DNA from: a virus
Taxonomy: Duplodnaviria > Caudoviricetes
IMG/VR virus record: IMGVR_UViG_3300048891_000010
Coordinates: 1 to 28,937 of that record
DNA: 28,937 bases
Strand: one strand, 5' to 3'
The notes under the pieces are model-generated. The model did not search any database, was not told the DNA's origin, and saw only the letters and a program-made list of their open reading frames with translations. Below are positions 17,315 to 24,431 of this stretch, in pieces. Numbering within the stretch: the first letter of the stretch is position 1; each line of letters starts with the position of its first letter. The translations under genes and the position numbers were made by a program.

Positions 17315-19640
17315 TCGGCATCACCGGTCGTTGCGGTTGCTGCATCTTAAACTGCGCCTGCGCGCGCTGCTGCTGCATCTTGTCCGCCATCTGCGCGCGC
17401 GCGGCGATGCTCTTCTCGATGTCGGCCTGACCCTTGACCCGCTCGATCTCCATCTCCTGATAGCCCTGCGCCATCTCCATCTGATGTGCCTCACGGCTCT
17501 CCATCGCCTTCTGGTTCTGTACCTGCACCTTGGCTTGCTGGTCGCCTTGCTTGCTCGACTGCCGGATCTGCTCGAGCCGCTGTTGGTTAAACAGCTCCAT
17601 CTTCTTGTGATCGTCTTTCTGCTTCAATTCGGCCGCCTGCATCGCTTGATCCATCTGGTCCTTGTCGCGCTGACGCTTGTCCTTCATTTGCTCAATCTGC
17701 AGCGCAGTCTTGGCGTTGATTTGTGCCGGATTGTTATCGGTTTGGTTCTGGCTGCCTTGCTGCTCCATCTGCGCCACCAGGTCATCGATCGCGCCGTCAA
17801 GCGATCGACCAGCGCGGAACGGCGCAGTGGCGAATTTGAGCAACTCGCCACAAAACGTCGCGCACTGCGGCTGCGCTGCAATCATTTGCGCAAGCTGTGG
17901 CAACAGCCCGCCCAGGACGCCAACGAATTCGGAGCGCCGCTGCTTCTCTGCATTCTCGTCAGCCTGGATGGTGCTGTCGGTTTCAATGTCGAGCACGAAT
18001 GATTTGGTGCGGTTGTCCTTGAGGAATGCCAGCACCTGTTCGATCGTTGGCTTCTCCTTCAACTTGATGATGGTGCCGCTCGCCGCCTGCTGCATCTGTT
18101 GAAATTGCTGGTGCAGCTGCTGTGCCTGCTCGGGATTTTGCTGCGCCATCTGCTGGATCTGCGGCTGCTGGATCATCATCAGTGCTTGCTGATGATGTTG
18201 CTGCATCTGCTCGACCACCTGCTGGATCTGTCGCTGCACCATCTGTTGTGTCGGCAACTGCGTCTGCGACATTTCAATCATGGTCACCGGTGAAAACTTT
18301 TCGGTGATGATCTCGGCGACAATCTCCGCAAGATCACGAGCCACGCGCACCAGCTCCGACTGCTTGTCACGCACCCGCGTGGAGCCGTAATCGGTTTTGA
18401 GTTCTTGCGCGCCCAGTGTTTCTTGCGGATCTGTCTGCCCGCGCATGATGTCGGAGAGGCCAATGATTTGATAAACGTCATCGATCACCTGCTTGCGCAG
18501 CGCGACCAGCGCGGTGATGGTTTGCGCAATCATGTCGATGGGCAGCCAGATGATCACCTCTTTGCTGCCGCCAAATGCCGCCCAGTTGGAGATCGGCACG
18601 AGCAGCCGGCCGGGCGTCTTCATCTTGATCGCAGCCTGCACTGCATCCGAGATCTCGGCGCCGCCGGCCGGATAAAACCCCTTCGCCTCGAGCGCATCAG
18701 AAAGCGCGTGAATTCGCCCCGTGAGCAGGTTCACTTCCTCGAGCTGATCTTTGTATTGCAGCACGTCGGGCACAGGGACGAGCGAGTTGCGCTGGCATGT
18801 GCCGTATGCCGGCTTGGGGCACGGGAAGAAATTCTGCAACTCGAGGTGCGGATCGTCCTCGTCCAGGATGTCTTCGCAACCTTCAGCAACCCAGACAACA
18901 CGCCGCTCGGTCTTGTGCCAGATCTCCCAGAACTTGGCGCGCTCGCGTCGATCGGCGCCGCCCACCTCCTTGGTATCACGATCAACCTTGTAATCAGCCT
19001 CCTGGTAGGCGTCGCCGCTGCTCTCGTGGAAGCGTTTGCGCGCCTCGCCCCTGGTCAGATAACTCGCGGCCGCAACCCAGGTCACCTCGTACCAGCATCT
19101 CGAGATGCTGTGCAGAAAGTCGCGGCGGTGCTTGAAGTCGATACAGACACGCTCGGTCGAGTAGTAGCCGGCTTGGTCCTGCTTACCTTCATAACGGCAC
19201 CACGGTACACCGCGGCCGACCAGGGCCACATCGTCACGCAACTGCATCATCACGTCATTGATGCGGGTCAGGTCGAAGGCAACGACCGTGCACCGCTCGA
19301 GCAGCTCGCTGGCAGCTTGGGGGACAGCTCGCCTGTCCTTGAACTTGGGCACCACAACGGGGACAGGCGGCTTGGCGTAAATCGACGGTTTGAGCACCTC
19401 GCAGTTCGCCCAGAATATCTGGTACTCCTTGTCGCGCGCCATGTTCGACAGCCGCTCGAGGCTCGCATACTGCTTGTCGATCTTGTCGCAATGGTCGTTC
19501 CACTTCTCGAAGACCTTCTCGCTCTCGAGCAGCAGGTTGAGCCAGGCCTTCGCCTTCTTGGGCTCGACCGCCGGATTATATTCCAGATCGTCGGCCTTGA
19601 TGTCGGGGTTGGCCGCAGCGTTTGGTTTCTTAACTGCCAT
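17307..19640 (-). CDS. Portal protein (P22-like) with Gln-rich insert and long C-terminal coiled coil
   Basis: Likely start MAVKKP at 19640 (777 aa; ORF track starts at 19673). Follows the terminase; GLSDIMRG..ET..AQ motif; helical Q-rich C-terminus. Confidence 0.85.
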   Translation of the reverse strand: MAVKKPNAAANPDIKADDLEYNPAVEPKKAKAWLNLLLESEKVFEKWNDHCDKIDKQYASLERLSNMARDKEYQIFWANCEVLKPSIYAKPPVPVVVPKFKDRRAVPQAASELLERCTVVAFDLTRINDVMMQLRDDVALVGRGVPWCRYEGKQDQAGYYSTERVCIDFKHRRDFLHSISRCWYEVTWVAAASYLTRGEARKRFHESSGDAYQEADYKVDRDTKEVGGADRRERAKFWEIWHKTERRVVWVAEGCEDILDEDDPHLELQNFFPCPKPAYGTCQRNSLVPVPDVLQYKDQLEEVNLLTGRIHALSDALEAKGFYPAGGAEISDAVQAAIKMKTPGRLLVPISNWAAFGGSKEVIIWLPIDMIAQTITALVALRKQVIDDVYQIIGLSDIMRGQTDPQETLGAQELKTDYGSTRVRDKQSELVRVARDLAEIVAEIITEKFSPVTMIEMSQTQLPTQQMVQRQIQQVVEQMQQHHQQALMMIQQPQIQQMAQQNPEQAQQLHQQFQQMQQAASGTIIKLKEKPTIEQVLAFLKDNRTKSFVLDIETDSTIQADENAEKQRRSEFVGVLGGLLPQLAQMIAAQPQCATFCGELLKFATAPFRAGRSLDGAIDDLVAQMEQQGSQNQTDNNPAQINAKTALQIEQMKDKRQRDKDQMDQAMQAAELKQKDDHKKMELFNQQRLEQIRQSSKQGDQQAKVQVQNQKAMESREAHQMEMAQGYQEMEIERVKGQADIEKSIAARAQMADKMQQQRAQAQFKMQQPQRPVMPNG

Positions 19641-19710
19641 AGCGTGTCCACCCCAGGTAAATGCCGGCCGCAACGACCAGCATCAACAACGCAATCAGCG
19701 ACCAATCCAT
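19630..19710 (-). CDS. Possible 26-aa single-TM micropeptide
   Basis: MDWSLIALLMLVVAAGIYLGWTRYGS; its stop overlaps the portal start. No clear RBS. Confidence 0.35.
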   Translation of the reverse strand: MDWSLIALLMLVVAAGIYLGWTRYGS

Positions 19711-19770
19711 AACCAGAAGTCCCGGTTACTTCGCTCTGGCACCATCACGAACCAGCGCCGCAGCTCGTGC

Positions 19771-20061
19771 TCAATCATCGCGAAAGCCGGTATGGCGCGC
19801 CCGAGGCGGATACGCGCCTTCCACCGGCGCTTGCTCGTTCGCTTTTTCATTAACCATCTCCACATCGAAATGGATCGGCAGCAACTGCAACTCGATATCT
19901 TCCGGTGTCTCAACAACCCAGCCCACACCAATCGCAGTCCGCACCTGGGTGGTGCCAAACGGCGTCCGGTCCAACGCCACGATGAACGCCGGATTAACCC
20001 ACACCGGATGCAAGGCACTCTTGTCCTGCTCGAGGCACTGCGTCAGCTTGACCAGCTTCAT
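19771..20061 (-). CDS. Small hypothetical protein
   Basis: Start reassigned to MKLVKLTQ (TGATG overlap with the upstream stop), giving 96 aa; VWVNPAFI..L...T.V....VVETPEDI. Confidence 0.6.
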   Translation of the reverse strand: MKLVKLTQCLEQDKSALHPVWVNPAFIVALDRTPFGTTQVRTAIGVGWVVETPEDIELQLLPIHFDVEMVNEKANEQAPVEGAYPPRARHTGFRDD

Positions 20062-20279
20062 CAGAACGTCGCCGCCTTCACCGCCCACATCGCAGCGTCC
20101 TCATAGTGCGTCTGCGCCAAGCTCCAGAGGCGTTGATGCTCGCCATCAGTCGAGCCCTTGATGCGCAGTTCATCGCACAGATTGATCAACTCGGCCGATC
20201 GCCGCTTGATCTCGGCGACAACGCCGCTTTCGCTCGGATTAAACTTCGTTCGTACTCTTGCTTCACCCAATGTCGTCAT
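20061..20279 (-). CDS. Acb2/Tad1-like helical-hairpin protein (candidate signalling-nucleotide sponge)
   Basis: 72 aa from MTTLGEARVR; two-helix pattern IK..SAELI.L...R..SLAQT.YEDAAMWAVKAAT resembles the Acb2/Tad1 hairpin consensus as I recall it. Confidence 0.6.
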   Translation of the reverse strand: MTTLGEARVRTKFNPSESGVVAEIKRRSAELINLCDELRIKGSTDGEHQRLWSLAQTHYEDAAMWAVKAATF

Positions 20280-20377
20280 CTCACACGCTCCCTGGTTGAT
20301 GCTCATGGGGTGCGTTGACGCTGTGCTCTGCCGTATCGGCGTATGTCCTGCACAGCCACCCCATGAGTATCAGCCGT

Positions 20378-21754
20378 TCATAGCCTAATCCCCTTACGCT
20401 CATCGGCCGGCATCGGAATGTGCCAACCTGGTTCTGGCTCTTCAACTACCTGGCGCCGCTCGGCCTGACGCCATGCGAGCGATAGGTAACGAAACGCCGC
20501 GGCCGGATGCGCTGTCCAATCGTGCACGTCGGATTGTCGGAAGGCTTTCTTCTCATCATCCCACTCGCGACGGTATTGTTCGAGCGCGCTGATGCCGGTT
20601 TCTTCCGTCCTCGGATGAAACACGCACAACGGCAACGTACGGCGGGCTGCGTTGATGCCGTCCTGAAACGTCGCGAACGGAACGAGTTGGGGTTTGAGCC
20701 CCAACGCCGACATGGTTTCGACGCGCGTCTTGCCAGTGCCCCACTCTTTTATTTTCGCATCATGAGGAACATAGTCCGTGCCATGCATCCACCCGTATTT
20801 GCGCTCGCGTTCCTCAATGACCGTTGCGTAATGCTCAACGCCGACGCCACTAGCCGCGTAGTGGTCAAGGATGAAGAGTTGCGCGCCGACGATCTGAAAC
20901 CACCAAATGCTCGTATCGTCTTTCACTCCCAAGTCCCACGCGCGATGTACGAACTGGCCTGGAATGGCCTCAACCTCAACAATTCGCCCTTCATTGCGGA
21001 CATCGGCCATTTCGAGCGCAAAGTACGCACCCAGGATGGAAGCCTGCCAATCACAATAATACTCTTGAAGATATTGGGCGCGGCCGACATCGGCCCCGTA
21101 TAGCGCCGTGTACTCCTTCAGCGTTTCTGCGAGAGCAGCCTTAGTGAGTGCATGCGTATCATCAACGGTGAGGAGTTGGGAGAACCACTCTGATGATTGA
21201 GCCGAATGCCGAAACATCTCGAACGCATGATTGCGTCCGCGGGGAGTAGTGATGAATGCCGCCCAGCCGTTGTTCTCCTCGAGCATCGGTCGGTGATAGG
21301 CCCAGGCGCTTGGGTTGGCGAGCGCCCACTCTGAGTAGACAATGCCGGCGACTGAGGCGCCGACGGTGGCGTTGTAGGTATCACTGCCAATGCATTGCCA
21401 GGTTGATCCGTTTCTAAGCCTGATAAACATCTCGTTGTCGTTAGTGCTGTCGCGGATCTGTTTGGGAAAAACTTCATCAATTCTCCTCTTGCCGGTGTGC
21501 GCGTTGATCGCTGTCCAGATCGCTTTGCGTGACTGTGCATACTCGGGAAGACAGTGCCAGTAATTTCCGACACGCTCCATCATCGACACCGCAGTGTGGT
21601 GCAAGCACACTTCATCTTTGCCAGCACGACGATGCCACACAGCCATCGCGCGCTTACCGTCACGCGCCAAGTATTGCCACAACTTTTCCTGGTGCGGCCG
21701 CGGATGCCAGTTGTTGTATGGCACATCGATCTTAAGTTTTACCGTCGTCGTCAT
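20378..21754 (-). CDS. terL: Terminase large subunit
   Basis: 458 aa. PRPHQ adenine-binding motif, Walker A-like HRRAGKD, Walker B IVYSE, motif III ITTPRG, nuclease AWDLG..D and C-terminal HDWTAHPAAAFRY. Confidence 0.92.
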   Translation of the reverse strand: MTTTVKLKIDVPYNNWHPRPHQEKLWQYLARDGKRAMAVWHRRAGKDEVCLHHTAVSMMERVGNYWHCLPEYAQSRKAIWTAINAHTGKRRIDEVFPKQIRDSTNDNEMFIRLRNGSTWQCIGSDTYNATVGASVAGIVYSEWALANPSAWAYHRPMLEENNGWAAFITTPRGRNHAFEMFRHSAQSSEWFSQLLTVDDTHALTKAALAETLKEYTALYGADVGRAQYLQEYYCDWQASILGAYFALEMADVRNEGRIVEVEAIPGQFVHRAWDLGVKDDTSIWWFQIVGAQLFILDHYAASGVGVEHYATVIEERERKYGWMHGTDYVPHDAKIKEWGTGKTRVETMSALGLKPQLVPFATFQDGINAARRTLPLCVFHPRTEETGISALEQYRREWDDEKKAFRQSDVHDWTAHPAAAFRYLSLAWRQAERRQVVEEPEPGWHIPMPADERKGIRL

Positions 21755-22073
21755 CCTTCAACATTTTCCTGATTGTTATTTCGATCGCGCCAGTGCCATC
21801 GGCGCCGGCAACAGGCTGGATAGCTTTGCCCCAGCCGCGCTCGAGTAGGATCTGCGCGGCCGCAACACTGATGCTGTTGGATTGATCGGCACCTGGATTA
21901 ATGACCAGCCCACGCAACCGATTAATGCACAGCGTTGTATGCGATCGCGCGAGTGACCGGACGTCTGGCGGTATTTTCTTGCGCGGCAATATCTTAAGGG
22001 ATGTCAGTCCCTCTCCCTGCTTGGTGACCATTGACCATGTTGAAGCGGTCCTCAAGTTCGCTAATGCGCTCAC
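21732..22073 (-). CDS. terS: Terminase small subunit (true start uncertain, possibly TTG near 21990)
   Basis: Directly upstream of and overlapping terL; ARSHT...I..L....VAAAQILLERGWGK..Q pattern. Confidence 0.65.
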   Translation of the reverse strand: MSALANLRTASTWSMVTKQGEGLTSLKILPRKKIPPDVRSLARSHTTLCINRLRGLVINPGADQSNSISVAAAQILLERGWGKAIQPVAGADGTGAIEITIRKMLKDDDDGKT

Positions 22074-22200
22074 GCAGCTGCTCGATCATCTCGCGATCGC
22101 GAATGAAGTCGTTTTTGATTTGCAGCGCCAGTTGACCAAAGCCGGATGCAATGAAGGCCTTCAGCTGCTTTTCCATAGCAGCGTAGTAGTCGTTCTGCAT
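21994..22200 (-). CDS. Small coiled-coil hypothetical protein
   Basis: 68 aa from MQNDYY, just after the terminator; coiled-coil REMIEQLRERISELEDRF. Confidence 0.5.
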   Translation of the reverse strand: MQNDYYAAMEKQLKAFIASGFGQLALQIKNDFIRDREMIEQLRERISELEDRFNMVNGHQAGRGTDIP

Positions 22201-22212
22201 GCGCTTACCCCG

Positions 22213-22244
22213 AAACGAAAGAGGGCGCCACAATGGGCGCCCTC
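22213..22244 (-). terminator. Rho-independent terminator
   Basis: 9-bp stem GAGGGCGCC/GGCGCCCTC followed on the minus strand by TTTCGTTT. Confidence 0.7.
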
Positions 22245-22269
22245 GATAGACTTGGTCAAGTTGTACGGC

Positions 22270-22413
22270 TCAGACCCAGGCCCCTGTGAGAACCTTCAAG
22301 ACCTCCCAGGCAAGGCGGCCAACGGCATACAGGGCAAGCAACACAATCGGCACCAGCCCCACTGCGATGACGCCAAAAAACAGAATGTTGGCGATTGTCG
22401 TTAACGTCAACAT
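22270..22413 (-). CDS. 47-aa hydrophobic membrane peptide
   Basis: MLTLTTIANILFFGVIAVGLVPIVLLALYAVGRLAWEVLKVLTGAWV; TGATG-coupled to the HTH gene and followed by a terminator. Below the ORF-track size cutoff. Confidence 0.6.
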   Translation of the reverse strand: MLTLTTIANILFFGVIAVGLVPIVLLALYAVGRLAWEVLKVLTGAWV

Positions 22414-22649
22414 CAACTGTCTCCCCGCTTCCACTTAGGCACTACCGGTTCTTCCTGATACGCCACCAAGGCGCGCAACAACAACGCCGTCGCCGTCGGC
22501 ACCTCAGCCTCGCCCGTAATGTAGCGCCGCGAGGTGCGCGCGCTCACCCCGGTATAGCGCCCCGCCGCCGCCTGGTTGAGCCCTAACTGCTTGATAATCA
22601 ACTTATATTGCCGCCCGGTCATCGACCGCTGACTTTGCCATTCAGACAT
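22413..22649 (-). CDS. Cro/Xre-like helix-turn-helix regulator
   Basis: 78 aa, LGLNQAAAGRYTGVSARTSRRYITGE..VP is an HTH pattern; RBS GAGGAG. Confidence 0.8.
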   Translation of the reverse strand: MSEWQSQRSMTGRQYKLIIKQLGLNQAAAGRYTGVSARTSRRYITGEAEVPTATALLLRALVAYQEEPVVPKWKRGDS

Positions 22650-22676
22650 TTTTCTGCTCCTCTGTTGCGATGCCCT

Positions 22677-22705
22677 GATCTAGGTCACCCAGACCAGCCT
22701 GTCAA
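22677..22705 (-). promoter_or_regulatory. Sigma70-type promoter for the HTH operon
   Basis: TTGACA (22705-22700), 17-nt spacer, TAGATC (22682-22677). Confidence 0.65.
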
Positions 22706-22720
22706 TATGTCAGAACCCAC

Positions 22721-22749
22721 TTGACAGGGGTGACAGGCTGTCCTATATC
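22721..22749 (+). promoter_or_regulatory. Sigma70-type promoter for the plus-strand operon
   Basis: TTGACA (22721-22726), 17-nt spacer, TATATC (22744-22749); RBS AAGGAG downstream. Confidence 0.8.
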
Positions 22750-22784
22750 AGCGTTATTGGTTCATCACAAACAAGGAGCTACCA

Positions 22785-23069
22785 ATGTCCAACCTCTCCA
22801 AGACCATCGACGCCCTCGGCCAGATCAAGGCGCAGATCGCCGCGCTCAAGACCAAGGAAGACGAGTTGAAGGCGGCGCTCGGCGACCTCGACGTCGGCGC
22901 TTACGAAGGCGACCTGTTCCGCGTCTCCATCACCCAGGTCGATCGCGAGACACTCGACATGAAGGCAGTGCGCGCTCACCTCTCACGCCAATTCATTGCG
23001 GCGCACACCAACGTCACCCCCGTCCGCACCCTCAAGGTGTCGGCCCGTACCGGCAAGGATCTCGCCTAA
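22785..23069 (+). CDS. Small hypothetical protein (coiled coil + beta domain)
   Basis: 94 aa with strong RBS AAGGAG and strongly C/G-ending codons. Confidence 0.85.
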   Translation: MSNLSKTIDALGQIKAQIAALKTKEDELKAALGDLDVGAYEGDLFRVSITQVDRETLDMKAVRAHLSRQFIAAHTNVTPVRTLKVSARTGKDLA

Positions 23070-23230
23070 TGGAACACTTGACTGAACAACAACGCCTGGA
23101 TGCCATCGCCACTTGCGAACGCATCCAGGAGCTGGCCCGCCAGCACGACATCGCCATCCGCAACATCGCGCGGATCTTCGAAAACATCGCCGCCGGCCGT
23201 GACCCTAAAGACGGCCTCGAGACGCCCTAA
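23069..23230 (+). CDS. Small hypothetical protein
   Basis: 53 aa from MEHLTEQQRLD; TAATG-coupled to the previous gene. Confidence 0.7.
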   Translation: MEHLTEQQRLDAIATCERIQELARQHDIAIRNIARIFENIAAGRDPKDGLETP

Positions 23231-23252
23231 CCCCTCAGATAGGACAAACACG

Positions 23253-23480
23253 ATGTTTAAAGAAAACCACAGACACCTGATCATAGACGCGCTGGAGTTT
23301 CGCATTGAAACGTTAGAAAGGCGACTGTCGAGGCGATGCGATAAGGATATTCGCGAGCTTTGGACCGCCGAATTAGCCGAAACTCGGGAAGCCCAAAAAG
23401 CCTTCATCGCCCTTACTGTTCCTCCGGCGATTGATCGTCCCGTTCCATCATGGACTGAATTGCTTGAGCCAATCCCCTAA
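23253..23480 (+). CDS. Small hypothetical protein
   Basis: 75 aa from MFKENHRHLII; AGGA upstream and a terminator downstream. Confidence 0.6.
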   Translation: MFKENHRHLIIDALEFRIETLERRLSRRCDKDIRELWTAELAETREAQKAFIALTVPPAIDRPVPSWTELLEPIP

Positions 23481-23505
23481 CCAAGCGCAAGGCCCGCTCC
23501 TCCAC

Positions 23506-23535
23506 ACCCCCGCGACGACGCGGGGGTTTTCCTTT
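23506..23535 (+). terminator. Rho-independent terminator closing the plus-strand operon
   Basis: ACCCCCGCG-ACGA-CGCGGGGGT followed by TTTCCTTT. Confidence 0.75.
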
Positions 23536-23587
23536 GGCCGGCCCACGCCAGCGCCGGCCGCGCGCGTCCAGGATCGCCGCCTGATGC

Positions 23588-24151
23588 TTAGGATCCTTCG
23601 CCGACATAGCGTTCCACCACCTCGGCGCCGGGGAACTTTCGTTTAATCGCCGCCACCGTCATGAAAGCCTCAGAGGAGGCCATCAGCGTCGCCACCTCGT
23701 CGGGGCTGACCCAAACCACATCCTGGCCATGCAGCTCGACCACACGGGCCTGGCTGGCCTTCTGAGTGCCTATCGCCACCTTAAACCCGGTGGTTGGACA
23801 CACCCCCAGGACGTAGCTGTCGTCAGGGATTTCGGCCGCCTCCATCGCCCTAACCGCGGCCGCATAACCACGCACCAAGGAGGCGCCATGCACCTTGATC
23901 TCGTTCATGTCGCCGACCGCACACGCCTCAGCAAACAACTCCTTCTGTTCATGCAGCGCCACCGCCAGGTCATGATCGTGCCGGCGCAGCCCAATCACCG
24001 TCCACCGCGCCTCAAACCCGGCGGCGGCCTCGTCAGCCATCGTCCGCCACTGGTGCGCCAGTTTCGATGGCGTCGCCGGCTGGCTTTTGGCCCAGCTTGC
24101 GATCTGCCTTTTGTTGTGAGCATCGATATTTTCGTTGCCGCTATCCTGCAT
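23588..24151 (-). CDS. Hypothetical protein downstream of the primase-helicase
   Basis: 187-aa ORF with RBS GGAGG. Confidence 0.7.
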   Translation of the reverse strand: MQDSGNENIDAHNKRQIASWAKSQPATPSKLAHQWRTMADEAAAGFEARWTVIGLRRHDHDLAVALHEQKELFAEACAVGDMNEIKVHGASLVRGYAAAVRAMEAAEIPDDSYVLGVCPTTGFKVAIGTQKASQARVVELHGQDVVWVSPDEVATLMASSEAFMTVAAIKRKFPGAEVVERYVGEGS

Positions 24152-24178
24152 TTTTTCAGCCTCCGTTGTGGGTCCGAC

Positions 24179-24431
24179 GTGACACCGTGCACCCTGCTTT
24201 CCCTATTATCCCAAAACACACACTCTACGACACACTTCCTACACCCCTATACCTTTTTCTCCTCTTTTCTTACTTTTCTACTGTGTTCTACAGATCTCAT
24301 ATAAAGAAGTGTCACGTGTCACTAAAAGCGAGGTTTCTTAGACTTTTCAAAGGGCTGCATCGGTGACACCTTTGGTGACACCTGAATGCTACTGTCACCT
24401 GTTTTGGGGGGGTAAGTGTCACTAGTGTCAC
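24179..24431. repeat. GTG(A/T)CAC repeat cluster flanking a pyrimidine-skewed AT-rich tract; putative replication origin
   Basis: Copies at 24179, 24309, 24316, 24363, 24375, 24416 and 24425, plus CTGTCAC at 24392. The tract 24200-24300 is almost free of G on the plus strand. Confidence 0.65.

Noticed and set aside
23413-23607. 64-aa minus-strand ORF
   Set aside because: It runs through the plus-strand terminator and overlaps a plus-strand gene; Arg-rich and likely spurious, though not excluded.
24179-24431. Repeat cluster as a mini-CRISPR linked to the Cas4-like gene
   Set aside because: The repeats are only 7 bp, irregularly spaced, and have no spacer structure.
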